NCBI GenBank assembly: GCA_965217135.1
Contig: OZ244249.1
Location: 3,496,167-3,560,166, forward strand
Origin: Paracoccaceae bacterium
Lineage (GTDB): Bacteria; Pseudomonadota; Alphaproteobacteria; Rhodobacterales; Rhodobacteraceae
Direction: 5' to 3'
Length of the DNA stretch: 64,000 nucleotides
Part shown: piece after piece, positions 1 through 10,101 of the stretch
How the letters are laid out: every line of letters starts with the position of its first letter
How positions within the stretch are numbered: position 1 is the first letter of the stretch
Notes under the pieces: model-generated
Seen by the model: the letters and a program-made list of their open reading frames with translations, nothing else
Database searches by the model: none
Told to the model about the DNA's origin: nothing
Translations under genes and position numbers: made by a program

Positions 1-737
1 TCAAACTTGTTGAGCTGGAAGACTTCAACAAGCGCAAACCACAGCAACTTTCTGGTGGGCAGCGTCAGCGGGTCGCTTTGGCCCGGGCGTTGGTTAAACG
101 TCCAAAACTGCTGCTCTTGGATGAACCTTTGGCCGCGCTCGACAAAAAGCTGCGAAAACAAACGCAGTTTGAGCTTGCCAACATTCAAGACAAGGTCGGT
201 GTGACGTTCATCGTCGTGACGCACGATCAGGAAGAGGCGATGACCTTGTCATCACGAATGGCCGTCATGGACGCCGGCCGCTTCCAGCAGATCGGCACGC
301 CAACCGAGATCTATGAATTCCCTGAATCTCGATTTGTTGCGGATTTCATCGGGACAGCAAACATCGTTGAGGGCCGGGTTACAGAAGATGGGGCAGACCA
401 CGTCCGAGTCGAAACTGCCTTCTGCGACGTTTTCATAGATCACGGTCATTCAGTTCAGGTAGGTAGCAAGATTTGGGTTGCACTGAGGCCCGAAAAAATT
501 CGTCTGGAAAAATCGGATGAGGCCGCAAACGGCGCCAACCAAAGCGCGGCTGTAATCGACGACGTCGGCTATCTGGGAGAGACGTCGATTTACAAAGTGA
601 AACTGCCCAATGGGGATATTTTCGACGTTACCCGACCCAACCAGTCGCGTCCGACGCACGCCGCTGAGCAGTTAACTTGGGACGATCGAGTGAACATCAG
701 CTGGGATCCTTCCAGCGCGATGTTGCTCCACTCATGA
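1..737 (+). CDS. ABC transporter ATP-binding protein, PotA (polyamine/opine) type; 5' end outside window
   Basis: Frame is open from nt 3. Translation reads ...KPQQLSGGQRQRVALARALVKRPKLLLLDEPLAALD...IVVTHDQEEA (ABC signature, Walker B, H-loop), followed by a TOBE-like C-terminal domain. Stop 735-737 overlaps the next ATG (ATGA). Confidence 0.9.
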   Translation, partial: KLVELEDFNKRKPQQLSGGQRQRVALARALVKRPKLLLLDEPLAALDKKLRKQTQFELANIQDKVGVTFIVVTHDQEEAMTLSSRMAVMDAGRFQQIGTPTEIYEFPESRFVADFIGTANIVEGRVTEDGADHVRVETAFCDVFIDHGHSVQVGSKIWVALRPEKIRLEKSDEAANGANQSAAVIDDVGYLGETSIYKVKLPNGDIFDVTRPNQSRPTHAAEQLTWDDRVNISWDPSSAMLLHS

Positions 738-1696
738 CGGGTTTCGCGAAAGATATGACTGAACGGACCCCGGGTGGACGCCCGCCTGTATTCCGCGATG
801 TTATGCGGCTGATACAAAATAGTTGGCGCCAAATCATAACCGTCATCCCTTTCGCGTGGCTGCTGGTTTTCTTTCTGGCCCCCTTTTTCATTGTTGCCAA
901 AATCAGCCTGGCCGAACTCGCGATTGCAAGCCCGCCGTTTACAAGTCTGATCGAGTGGACGGACAGCGGGATCATGACCATCCGTCTCGTATTCGATAAT
1001 TTTATCTACATTTGGGAAGATAATTTATACTTCAACACCTACGTAAACTCGCTGAAGATCTCTGTAACATCGACGGTCTTGTGCCTTCTGTTTGGGTATC
1101 CCATTGCCTATGCCATCGTGCGATCAGGTCCAGTCGCAAAACCATTGTTGTTGTTTGCAATCATCCTCCCCTTCTGGACGTCTTTCTTACTGCGGGTCTA
1201 TTCCTGGATGGGACTGCTCGCCGATCAGGGCACGATCAATAACATCTTGATCGCTATCGGTGTAATCGATGAGCCGATCCGCATGCTGTACACCGAATTC
1301 GCGGTCTATATCGGCATCGTTTATACCTATATGCCTTTCATGATCCTGCCGCTCTATGCGAATATGGAAAAGTTGGACACGAGCTTGAACGAAGCTGCTG
1401 CAGATCTTGGATCGCGTCCAACGAACACGTTCTTCAAAATCACTCTGCCTCTGACTATGCCCGGCATCGTTGCGGGCTCTCTTCTGGTCTTCATCCCGGC
1501 GACAGGCGAATACGTCATCCCCGACCTCTTGGGCGGAGGAAATGTGCAAATGATCGGACGCGTTCTGTACAACGAGTTTTCCAGAAACAGTGATTGGCCG
1601 GTAGCTGCGTCTGTGGCGATCGTACTGCTGATCATCCTCGTGCTGCCCATAATGGTTTTCCAGTACTACCAGGGCAAAGCATCGGAGGGACGATAA
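734..1696 (+). CDS. ABC transporter permease (PotB-like)
   Basis: Multi-TM protein with the EAA-type loop 'LNEAAADLGSRPTNTFFKITLPL'. I chose the ATG at 734 because it overlaps the upstream stop; the longer ORF from 677 would overlap the ATPase gene. Confidence 0.85.
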   Translation: MTGFAKDMTERTPGGRPPVFRDVMRLIQNSWRQIITVIPFAWLLVFFLAPFFIVAKISLAELAIASPPFTSLIEWTDSGIMTIRLVFDNFIYIWEDNLYFNTYVNSLKISVTSTVLCLLFGYPIAYAIVRSGPVAKPLLLFAIILPFWTSFLLRVYSWMGLLADQGTINNILIAIGVIDEPIRMLYTEFAVYIGIVYTYMPFMILPLYANMEKLDTSLNEAAADLGSRPTNTFFKITLPLTMPGIVAGSLLVFIPATGEYVIPDLLGGGNVQMIGRVLYNEFSRNSDWPVAASVAIVLLIILVLPIMVFQYYQGKASEGR

Positions 1697-2539
1697 ATGT
1701 ATAACAAACGCTCCCGCTTTTTGACGATCATGCTGACATTGGGCTTGGCATTCTTTTACATCCCAATGATTTTGCTGGTGATCTACTCTTTCAACTACTC
1801 CAAGCTCGTGCCCGTTTGGGGGGGATGGTCCTTGCGCTGGTACAAGGAGCTTTTCCAATCGGCAGAAGTTTGGAGCGCAGTATCGCTCAGTCTCCAGATC
1901 GCCGTCGTCAACGCAACATTTGCAACAGCGCTGGGTACTTTAGCGGGCCTTGCAATGGTGCGATTTGGTAGGTTTCGAGGGCGGACCCTGTTTGGCGGCA
2001 TGCTGGTCGCGCCCCTGGTGATGCCCGAGGTGATAACGGGCCTGTCTCTGCTGGTCTTCTTCATTTCCTTGAACCAGCTGATCGGATGGCCCGCAGAGCG
2101 CGGGTTCGCGACAATCACGATCGCACATATCACGTTCTCAATGGCCTATGTGGCAGTGACAATTCAGGCGCGATTGACTGGTGTTGGCCAAACGCTGGAG
2201 GAGGCAGCAGCGGATCTTGGTGCAAAGCCGTTCAAAGTTTTGACCGCCATCACCATCCCACAGCTGACACCGGCTTTGATTTCTGGCTGGTTGCTGGCCT
2301 TTACGTTGTCTCTTGATGATCTGGTCATCGCCAGTTTTGTAACGGGTCCCGGCGCGAATACCCTACCAATTTTGATCTTCTCGCGCATCAGGCTGGGCCT
2401 CCGACCCGATATCAATGCACTGGCGACCATTATGATCCTTGTGATCGCCGTCTGTGTCGCGATTGCTGCCATAGTCATGATCCGACAACAGCGTGCAGAT
2501 ATGCTGGACCGGCAAATGGCAGAAGAGGGGGAGAGCTGA
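1697..2539 (+). CDS. ABC transporter permease (PotC-like)
   Basis: 280-aa multi-TM protein with the EAA loop 'LEEAAADLGAKPFKVLTAITIPQ'. The ATG follows the upstream TAA directly. Confidence 0.85.
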   Translation: MYNKRSRFLTIMLTLGLAFFYIPMILLVIYSFNYSKLVPVWGGWSLRWYKELFQSAEVWSAVSLSLQIAVVNATFATALGTLAGLAMVRFGRFRGRTLFGGMLVAPLVMPEVITGLSLLVFFISLNQLIGWPAERGFATITIAHITFSMAYVAVTIQARLTGVGQTLEEAAADLGAKPFKVLTAITIPQLTPALISGWLLAFTLSLDDLVIASFVTGPGANTLPILIFSRIRLGLRPDINALATIMILVIAVCVAIAAIVMIRQQRADMLDRQMAEEGES

Positions 2540-2540
2540 A

Positions 2541-3173
2541 TTGCCAGCGAATGAACTGCAAAAGAAGCGGCGCAACGAACCATCCGCAGTTCGTCGTTTG
2601 CAGTTGATCATGGCGGCCTTGGACTCGATCTCGAAGCGTGGTTTCTCCGACACGACGTTGAAACATGTAACCGAAACAGCAAACCTATCGCACGGAGTGG
2701 TCAACTATCACTTCGACAGCAAAGAAGCGCTGTACGATGCGACCTTGGGGTTTCTCGCACGTGAGCACTACGAAAATTGGCTGCATTACTACGAGGCTGC
2801 AGAACCCACTGCAGCACATCGCCTTTCAGCTATAATCAGAGCAGACTTCGACAAAAGCATCTGCACCCATAAGCGTTTATCCGTCTGGTTCGCATTCTGG
2901 GGGCAAGCAAAGTATCGGCCGAATTATCTTAAAATTCACAATAAGTACGACAATGAAAGATATGATCGTATTCTTGAATTGTGCCGTGAGTTGATCACGG
3001 ATGGCGGCTACGACGATCTGGAGGTTGAACGCACAGCGCGGGCGATCGAGGCGATATCTGATGGCGCATGGCTCAGCCTCATACTGTACCCCAAAGATGC
3101 TGATCGGAGAGAGTTCAGAGACGTCTGCCTGCTGTCCCTGTCGCGTTTTTTTCCGAAACACTTCCCAATTTGA
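2541..3173 (+). CDS. TetR/AcrR family transcriptional regulator
   Basis: N-terminal HTH 'RRLQLIMAALDSISKRGFSDTTLKHVTETANLSHGVVNYHFDSKEALY'. The start is uncertain. TTG 2541 has a GGGGGAG RBS about 8 nt upstream. The ORF track begins at ATG 2493, inside the previous gene. Confidence 0.8.
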   Translation: MPANELQKKRRNEPSAVRRLQLIMAALDSISKRGFSDTTLKHVTETANLSHGVVNYHFDSKEALYDATLGFLAREHYENWLHYYEAAEPTAAHRLSAIIRADFDKSICTHKRLSVWFAFWGQAKYRPNYLKIHNKYDNERYDRILELCRELITDGGYDDLEVERTARAIEAISDGAWLSLILYPKDADRREFRDVCLLSLSRFFPKHFPI

Positions 3174-3454
3174 AACGCTTCTCGCGGCCAGGTCGGAAAA
3201 ATCTTGCCTGTTCACCGCAAGTGCTCTTCGCAGTTATGTCCGGCTAAAAAATTCGTGCTGTGGAGACCTGCAGGTTGAGTGTCCCGTGAACTCAACCCAA
3301 CGGCGTCTTGTTGTGTAGTTTGAGCGGCCACTGCCGTTGGCGTTCTCAAAAACGCAGTCCGTTGGAAGGCGAAAGAAGCAGTTCGGGGCTGATGAGTCAG
3401 AATGGGCAGTTTGCGCGCATGTCTTTTGAAACAAAGCCCAGCGTGGCCAGTACG

Positions 3455-4366
3455 CTACTTTTCGAATGGCTCACCCAGAGATGCTATTCCATTCAGTTTC
3501 AGCAGGCGTCGGTTCGACGAAATAATGCCCAAGACCACAATCGTCACGATGTAGGGCATGCTTGCCAAGAGCTGTGACGGAATTGCAAGGCCAACAGTTT
3601 GGGCGGCGATACCGCCGAGCGAAACTGCTCCAAACAGACAGGCCCCAAGAAAGACACGCCCCACCATCCACGTTCCAAAGACCACGAGCGCCACTGCAAT
3701 CCATCCGCGTCCTGCGATCATTCCATCGGCCCAAAGCGGTGTATAAATCGTCGAGGCATAGGCCCCAGCTATCCCGGCCATCAGGCCACCAAATGCCACC
3801 GCGCAAAGGCGGATCAGGATCACCGGGTATCCAACGGCGCTGGCCGCATGCGGGTTCTCACCAACGGCCCGCAGCAAAAGCCCCAGTCTTGTGTTTTTTA
3901 GAATGTACCAAAGTGTGGGCGTAAATATCAGCGACAGCCATACGACGATGTCCTGCCGGAACAAGCCACCAACCACTGGCAGATCGGTAAGTCCGGGTAT
4001 CGCGATTTTGCCAACCCCGGTGACGGTAAAGCTTTCAAATGGTTTGCCAAAATAAGCCGAGAGCCCAAGGCCCAGTATACCGATGGCCAGACCTGTGGCG
4101 ACCTGATTGGCTTGCAAGCCCAGCGCAACAAAGGCAAAGACGAGTGCCAGAGCAACACCGCTGAGCCCCCCGAACACAAAACCCGCCACGTGGCCGCCCC
4201 CCGAATAGACGGTGATAAACCCCACCGCAGCTCCCAGCGCCATCATGCCCTCGACGCCCAAGTTCAGTACACCCGAACGTTCGGCGACCAATTCCCCCAA
4301 AGCGGCGAGAAGGAACGGTGTCGCCGCGGCAAGCATCCCCGCTAAAATGAATTCGATAGCGGTCAT
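3455..4366 (-). CDS. ABC transporter permease (BMP/simple-sugar-nucleoside family, second permease)
   Basis: Highly hydrophobic multi-TM ORF. The ATG at 4366 forms an ATGA overlap with the upstream permease stop. Confidence 0.85.
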   Translation of the reverse strand: MTAIEFILAGMLAAATPFLLAALGELVAERSGVLNLGVEGMMALGAAVGFITVYSGGGHVAGFVFGGLSGVALALVFAFVALGLQANQVATGLAIGILGLGLSAYFGKPFESFTVTGVGKIAIPGLTDLPVVGGLFRQDIVVWLSLIFTPTLWYILKNTRLGLLLRAVGENPHAASAVGYPVILIRLCAVAFGGLMAGIAGAYASTIYTPLWADGMIAGRGWIAVALVVFGTWMVGRVFLGACLFGAVSLGGIAAQTVGLAIPSQLLASMPYIVTIVVLGIISSNRRLLKLNGIASLGEPFEK

Positions 4367-5436
4367 GCGCGCGCTCCTTGCGGCCAAACCAGTTTTCGCC
4401 GCACGAAGGTGGCCGCGATCAGATAGGCCAGTAGCAAGCTGCCTTGGAACACATTAACTGCAGCAATCGGAAGCTTAGCCGAAACCATTGCGTTGTCGCC
4501 GCCAATATAAAGAGCGGCCATCAAGAACGACGAAAAGAGGATACCGATGGGGTGTAAGCCGCCCAGATAAGCCACAATAATTGCTGCAAAGCCGTAACCT
4601 GTCGAGATCGAGCGTTGAAGTTGTCCGACAGGCCCCGCCACCTCCGCCGCGCCTGCAAGCCCGGCCGCAGCCCCGCCGATCAAAAGCGATAACCATATCG
4701 CACCGCTCTGTGAAAACCCTGCATAGCGCGCAGCATTGGGCGCAAGTCCACCGACTTCGAGCCGATAACCCGCAAAGCTCCGTTGTACGAAGAACCAGGC
4801 CGCAAGCGTCACCAGCAGCGCCAGGATCAGCGAAATGTTGACCCGCGTGCCTGGCAGCAGGATGGGTAACAGAGCGTCGTACTGGAACATAACGGATTGG
4901 GGGAAGTTAAATCCCATTGGGTCTTTCCAAGGCCCCAACAACAAGTAGTTCAGCAACTGAAGTGCCAAGAAGGACAGCATCAGCGAAACGAGGATTTCGT
5001 TGGCGTTAAGCCGCACACGCCAGAACGCAGTGATGGAGGCCCATGCCAATCCGCCGAGCATTCCAAACACCAGCATCGTTGGCCAAATCCAGGCACCGGT
5101 TGCTTGCGGCATATAAACCGGGATCGCAGAGGCGCAGATCGCACCCAAAACGAATTGCCCCTCCGCACCGATATTGAAGACCTTGGCACGGAAGCCGATC
5201 GCCAAGCCCTGTGCAATCAGCAAAAGAGGGCCCGCTTTCAGCAGGATTTCCGAGAAGGAAAAGTAGCTGGTAAACGGATCAATCAGCATCGCCTTGAACA
5301 CCGCCAAGGGATTAACGCCAATCGCTGCATAGAGGACCAGATTGCTGAGCGCCGCGATGGCCAAAGCCACGAACGGAGCCGCAATCATTACGGAAAGTGA
5401 GGCGCGTTCACGTCGAACAAGCTTTGGAAATGTCAC
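4363..5436 (-). CDS. ABC transporter permease (BMP/simple-sugar-nucleoside family, first permease)
   Basis: 357-aa multi-TM ORF. The GTG start overlaps the ATPase stop by 1 nt. Confidence 0.85.
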   Translation of the reverse strand: MTFPKLVRRERASLSVMIAAPFVALAIAALSNLVLYAAIGVNPLAVFKAMLIDPFTSYFSFSEILLKAGPLLLIAQGLAIGFRAKVFNIGAEGQFVLGAICASAIPVYMPQATGAWIWPTMLVFGMLGGLAWASITAFWRVRLNANEILVSLMLSFLALQLLNYLLLGPWKDPMGFNFPQSVMFQYDALLPILLPGTRVNISLILALLVTLAAWFFVQRSFAGYRLEVGGLAPNAARYAGFSQSGAIWLSLLIGGAAAGLAGAAEVAGPVGQLQRSISTGYGFAAIIVAYLGGLHPIGILFSSFLMAALYIGGDNAMVSAKLPIAAVNVFQGSLLLAYLIAATFVRRKLVWPQGARA

Positions 5437-6947
5437 TACGCTGCGCCCTCGCTCGCATCAATCATCGCGCGCCCAATGTCTTCAGGTGCTGTCTCACTGG
5501 TCTTGAAACGCGCGCTGAGACGGCCCTCGCTGAGCACCTGCATATAGTCGCTCAGCTCGAACAACTCTTCCAGCTCTTCAGAGATCACCAAGATGGCGCA
5601 GCCTGCACTACGCAACTCAATCAACCGCTTTCGGATTGCCGTCGCTGCACCAATGTCGACACCCCATGTCGGTTGGTTGAGGAACAGCAGCTTTGGTTCA
5701 AGCATTAGCTCCCGACCAATGATGAATTTCTGTAGATTTCCACCTGAGAGTGAGCCCGCCTCGGCCGTAGGCCCCGGCGTACGCACGTCGTTTTCGGCGA
5801 TGCAGTCTTCCGCGAATGTTTCTGCCCGGCCTCGCCGGATCATACCACTCTGCACCATCCCGCGGCGATGTGCGGTCAGGATTGAGTTCTTCACCAATGA
5901 CAGCTCCGGCACCGTCCCTTGGCCCAAACGGTCCTCCGGCACAAAGGCAAAGCCCAGTTCACGTCGCCTGGCAGGGTTCAGCGCGCCAGCCTTCTGCCCT
6001 AGCATGGAGATGCCATCGCGCATCGCCTTGGGTAAAGGCGTTTCGCCGGAAATGACGGCGGCGAGCTCTGTTTGACCATTTCCTGAGACACCGGCAATCC
6101 CAAGGATCTCGCCTTCCCGGACATGCAGCGAGATGTCCTTGAGCGACACGCCGAACGGGTCATCAGATGCAAGCGACAGCCCCAAGATTTCGAGTTGTTT
6201 CTCGCCGCGCTTAACCGGCTCAGCGGCCGAGAGATGCGGCATGTCCCGCCCAATCATCATCGTCGCCAGCGTATGCGCGTCGAAGTCTCGTGGAACCACA
6301 TTGCCTGTCACTTTACCTCCGCGCAGGATCGTCGCATGCGTACAGATCGAGCGGATCTCCTCCAGCTTATGAGAGATGAACAGGATGGAGACACCCCGCG
6401 CTGAAAGCCTGCGCAGCGTATCAAAAAGCAGGTCAACCGACTGCGGCGGCAATACCGATGTCGGTTCGTCCAAGATCAACAGCTTTGGGTCAACCATCAG
6501 GCAACGAATGATCTCGACCCGCTGCCGTTCTCCAACCGAAAGCGCGTGTACATGGGCCAGCGGGTCGACCTCCAGCCCGAACTCTTTACCAAGCTGCACG
6601 ATGCGTTCGGTCAGTTCTTTCTTTTTGCCCGGCACCAACAGCGAGACATTCTCGGCGACCGTCAAAGTCTCAAAAAGAGAAAAATGTTGGAACACCATAC
6701 CGATGCCCAGTCGCCGCGCAATTGCAGGGGAGCCGATCTGGGTCGGCTCTCCCCGCCACTCGATTGTGCCTTCGTCTGGCGTTTCGACCCCGTAGATCAG
6801 CTTCATCAGGGTCGACTTGCCTGCGCCGTTCTCTCCGAGAATCGCATGAATTGCGCCTGGCATTACGTCGAGGTCCACGCCAGAATTGGCGTGGACCGGA
6901 CCGTAGCGCTTGGTAACGCCACGCAAAGAGAGAAGCGGTTGAGCCAT
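5436..6947 (-). CDS. ABC transporter ATP-binding protein with duplicated cassettes
   Basis: Two ABC cassettes in 503 aa: Walker A 'GENGAGKST' with 'LSVGERQRVEI' and 'LLILDEPT', then a second cassette with 'GVSGNGQTE', 'LSGGNLQKF' and 'LLFLNQPT'. This layout is typical of sugar/nucleoside importers. Confidence 0.9.
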   Translation of the reverse strand: MAQPLLSLRGVTKRYGPVHANSGVDLDVMPGAIHAILGENGAGKSTLMKLIYGVETPDEGTIEWRGEPTQIGSPAIARRLGIGMVFQHFSLFETLTVAENVSLLVPGKKKELTERIVQLGKEFGLEVDPLAHVHALSVGERQRVEIIRCLMVDPKLLILDEPTSVLPPQSVDLLFDTLRRLSARGVSILFISHKLEEIRSICTHATILRGGKVTGNVVPRDFDAHTLATMMIGRDMPHLSAAEPVKRGEKQLEILGLSLASDDPFGVSLKDISLHVREGEILGIAGVSGNGQTELAAVISGETPLPKAMRDGISMLGQKAGALNPARRRELGFAFVPEDRLGQGTVPELSLVKNSILTAHRRGMVQSGMIRRGRAETFAEDCIAENDVRTPGPTAEAGSLSGGNLQKFIIGRELMLEPKLLFLNQPTWGVDIGAATAIRKRLIELRSAGCAILVISEELEELFELSDYMQVLSEGRLSARFKTSETAPEDIGRAMIDASEGAA

Positions 6948-6950
6948 AGA

Positions 6951-8054
6951 TCAGCCTGGCAGCGGTGTTGTCACGCCCTTGACGTGCCAGTCCATGCTGA
7001 TGACCTCTTCGTTGGTCATGGTCACACCCGCTGCAACGCCCTCAGACCCGTCAGCCTTCATGATCGGGCCTGTGAAGGGTGAGAAGGATCCATCTGCAAT
7101 CGCAGCCTCGACCTCTTTAATCTGCGCGACAACGTCCGCAGGGATATCCGGGCTCCAATCGACAACCTTTACCACATCGTCACCCACGCCAAGGAACGCA
7201 TTGGCACCCTTGAAGTTGCCTGCCAGATGCGCCTCGATCGAGGCCCGGAAAAAGGGCGACCAATCGGTCAGCACGCAGCCCAGATAAGTTTTGGGCGCAT
7301 ATGCTTTCATGGATGAGTTGAGGTTGAAGGAGTAGATGCCTATTTCTTCCGCTTTGGAGACCACGGACGGCGTGTCCTGTGCGTTCGAGAAGATAACATC
7401 GCAATCCTGCGCCGCCAGCGCCTCTGTCGACTCTTGCGCCTTTGCGGGGTCGAACCAAGAGTTCAGCCAAACAACCGAAAGCTCAATATCGGGATTGATC
7501 CGTTGAGCACCCAACACGAACGCGTTCAGCGAGGTGATTAGTTCCGGGATGGCAAATGCCGAAACCGAACCCAGTTTTCCAGTTTTTGACAATGCCGCGG
7601 CGGCCATACCCATCAGATATGTACCTTGGCTGTACTGGGCCGCGAAGGGCGAGAAGTTTGGCGCAACCATGAAACCGGAGGCGTGGAGAACCGTCACATC
7701 CGGGTTGCGGCGTGCGATCTGCATCGCACCGTTTTGATAGCCGAATGAGCCTGCAACAAGGAACTTCGTCCCCTCGGCGACGGCCTTGTTCATGATGCGG
7801 TCGGCGTCAGGGCCCTCGTAGATGTTTTCTACCACTGTGATCTGCATGGCTTCGCCATAGTCGGCCTTAACAGTTTCCAGCGCTTCAAACAGTGCATGGC
7901 CCCAACCCACATCGGCCACTGGCGACGGAATTACCAGCGTTACGAGCAGCGGGTCTTCTGGAGTTGCCGCCTGCGCCCGCGCACCAACTGCGGTGATCAG
8001 TGTTGCGAGCGAGGCGCCAGCAATAAAGTTTCTCCGGTTAAGAGTGTTTGTCAT
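6951..8054 (-). CDS. BMP-family (PnrA/Med-like) ABC substrate-binding protein
   Basis: Tat-like signal 'NRRNFIAGASLATLITAVGARAQA'. The 367-aa periplasmic protein has the BMP-family look and sits immediately upstream of the matching ATPase and permeases. Confidence 0.8.
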   Translation of the reverse strand: MTNTLNRRNFIAGASLATLITAVGARAQAATPEDPLLVTLVIPSPVADVGWGHALFEALETVKADYGEAMQITVVENIYEGPDADRIMNKAVAEGTKFLVAGSFGYQNGAMQIARRNPDVTVLHASGFMVAPNFSPFAAQYSQGTYLMGMAAAALSKTGKLGSVSAFAIPELITSLNAFVLGAQRINPDIELSVVWLNSWFDPAKAQESTEALAAQDCDVIFSNAQDTPSVVSKAEEIGIYSFNLNSSMKAYAPKTYLGCVLTDWSPFFRASIEAHLAGNFKGANAFLGVGDDVVKVVDWSPDIPADVVAQIKEVEAAIADGSFSPFTGPIMKADGSEGVAAGVTMTNEEVISMDWHVKGVTTPLPG

Positions 8055-8080
8055 GGTGTTTGTTTCCTTTCGTCCAAGTT

Positions 8081-9448
8081 TTAAGTTTCAAGTATTGAGA
8101 GGGCTTGTTCCGCGTCTCGGAACAGGGAGTCTTCGTCTACATTTGTGAATGCGCCGCTTTCCCACACGATTTGACCGTTGATCATCGTCATATCGGTTGG
8201 GCGTCCAATACCAACTTTAGGGATCAGGCTCAGCGGGTCGTGGCGCGTGCCCACATATTCCATCCGGCGGGTATCAATCGCGAACAAATCCGCTGCCATG
8301 CCGGGTGCCAGCCTGCCGATGTCGTCACGACCCAGAGCAGAGGCACCGCCCTTGGTGGCATAGTCGAGAAAGGTTGCGGGCGCAGGCACCGGGTCGTTGC
8401 GTTTGCTGGCTGCAAGGCATTGCAACATATAAGCAGAATGGATGCAGTGCATCAGGTTCGAATTGTCATTCGACGCCGCCCCATCCGCGCCCAGGCTGAC
8501 ACGAACACCCAGCGCGTCCATTGCGGGAATATCGGTGATCTCTGCACCCACGAGATAAACGGGTTCGGGGCAGTGGGATACGCCCGTGCCGCTGGCCGCA
8601 AGGCTGGTCAGTTCGTCTTGGGTAAGCTCCCAGCAATGGGCGTAGAACGTATCGTTGCCAGCAAAGTCCATGTTTTCGAGGTAAGCAACGGTGCGTTGGC
8701 CAGTCCGCGCCTCCATCACCAGGCTTTCGCCTTCACCGACATGGGTGTGAAGCACCACGCCCTTGTCACGGGCGAGTGCCACGGACTGAACCATCGTGTC
8801 CTTGTAGCAGTTCACAGGCTGGCATGGTGCGACCACGACTTGGCGCATACTGAAGCGACCAGGCTCGTGATAAGCGTCGATGATCCGTTCGCAATCGGCG
8901 ATGAATTCATCTGTTGTCTCAAGCATTTCATCCGGAATCGTGGATCCTTCGGACTTCGGCAAGGTGTTCCCGCCCCGACCGGCGTGGAACCGGAGACCCA
9001 GCCGCTCTGCTGCCTCAAACTGCCGATCGATCAATCGTTTTCCAGCATGACGGGGAAAGCAATACTGATGATCCATCGCAGTTGTGCAGCCATGTTTGAT
9101 CAGCTCAGACATGGCGGTAAGCGATGAGTGATAGAAGCAGTCCTCTGTCAGGCGCGAGAAGATTGGGTAAATTAGATCAAGCCATTCGATCAGCGACAGT
9201 TTCGTCCAGTCCAAGTCCGCACGGTTGCGCACGAAGGTCTGAAAGAAATGGTGATGGGTATTCACAAGGCCCGGGTAAATGAACCAGCCGGAAGCGTCTT
9301 TTGCCGTGGCACCCGGTGCGCTTAGGTTGGAGCCAATGGCTTGGATGGCGGGGCCTTCTGTCAGTAAGTCAACATCGCGCAGAACCTCAGCCCCATTGCC
9401 ATGATCCACAATCACTGCAGCGCAATTTTTCAGCAGCACCCCCGTCAT
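8081..9448 (-). CDS. Amidohydrolase, guanine-deaminase superfamily (8-oxoguanine deaminase / AtzB-like, cog0402)
   Basis: Metal-ligand HxH motif 'LVNTHHHFFQTF', then 'VLHTHVGE', 'VSHCPE' and 'SLGADGAASND', as in cog0402 deaminases. The start overlaps the GST stop by 4 nt. Confidence 0.8.
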   Translation of the reverse strand: MTGVLLKNCAAVIVDHGNGAEVLRDVDLLTEGPAIQAIGSNLSAPGATAKDASGWFIYPGLVNTHHHFFQTFVRNRADLDWTKLSLIEWLDLIYPIFSRLTEDCFYHSSLTAMSELIKHGCTTAMDHQYCFPRHAGKRLIDRQFEAAERLGLRFHAGRGGNTLPKSEGSTIPDEMLETTDEFIADCERIIDAYHEPGRFSMRQVVVAPCQPVNCYKDTMVQSVALARDKGVVLHTHVGEGESLVMEARTGQRTVAYLENMDFAGNDTFYAHCWELTQDELTSLAASGTGVSHCPEPVYLVGAEITDIPAMDALGVRVSLGADGAASNDNSNLMHCIHSAYMLQCLAASKRNDPVPAPATFLDYATKGGASALGRDDIGRLAPGMAADLFAIDTRRMEYVGTRHDPLSLIPKVGIGRPTDMTMINGQIVWESGAFTNVDEDSLFRDAEQALSILET

Positions 9449-10101
9449 GAATCAGGCTCCGCCAAAGGATCCTGTGCAAGCTCATGCAAACGGTGAATAC
9501 CCGGCATTTCAATGAAGCCGGGCAAAGCCCGCAAGGCCCGCATCCAGAGCCGGATTGAAGGATACGGGTCGAGCGAAACGCTACCATCGGGGGCCAGTGC
9601 AACGTAAGGAAAGCACGCGATGTCTGCGATGGAGGGTGCGTCGCCGACAAGGAAAGTCCCGCCCGAGACCCGGCGCGCAAACAAGGCCGCTTCCAACTCC
9701 CGCAGAGCGACAACGCCGCTGGACTGGAGCGCTTCCAGATCACCTTCGAAATTCAGCATCTCAACCAATCTGGCACCGCCCAATGTGGCTGTCAGCCGGT
9801 TTGAAAACGCAAGCCATTGGTGTTGGAGTGCGATGGCTTGCGGATCGCCGTCGGCTGCCCAGTCGGGGCCATATTTACTTGCCAGATAAGCAAGCATCGC
9901 CGCACTTTCCGTTAGCACGAAATCATCGTCCACAAGGATCGGGATGCTGCCAGCTGGGTTGAGGTTCAAAAGGTCGTCGGCTTTATGCTCACGCCCCGGA
10001 TGGAAATCGACTGCACGCAGTTCAAGCTGAACACCCAACAAAGACGCCAAAAGCCGTACTTTGTAGCAACTGGGGGAAAGGATGTAATCGTAGAGGATCA
10101 T
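9445..10101 (-). CDS. Glutathione S-transferase family protein
   Basis: Thioredoxin-like N-domain 'MILYDYILSPSCYKVRLLASLLGV...GSIPILVDDDFVLTESAAMLAYLASKYG' plus a helical C-domain. Both ends have 4-nt overlaps with neighbours. Confidence 0.85.
   Translation of the reverse strand: MILYDYILSPSCYKVRLLASLLGVQLELRAVDFHPGREHKADDLLNLNPAGSIPILVDDDFVLTESAAMLAYLASKYGPDWAADGDPQAIALQHQWLAFSNRLTATLGGARLVEMLNFEGDLEALQSSGVVALRELEAALFARRVSGGTFLVGDAPSIADIACFPYVALAPDGSVSLDPYPSIRLWMRALRALPGFIEMPGIHRLHELAQDPLAEPDS

Noticed and set aside
8105-9127. 340-aa plus-strand ORF antisense to the amidohydrolase gene. Similar long antisense ORFs occur at 13851-14735, 27662-28810, 32432-33454, 38806-40131, 41979-43688, 45342-46982, 54265-55881 and 60140-61309.
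   Set aside because: All lie fully inside genes with unambiguous family motifs on the other strand. Their translations are Arg/Gly/Pro/His-rich with no recognisable motifs. Such shadow ORFs are expected in 60% GC DNA because stop codons are rare.
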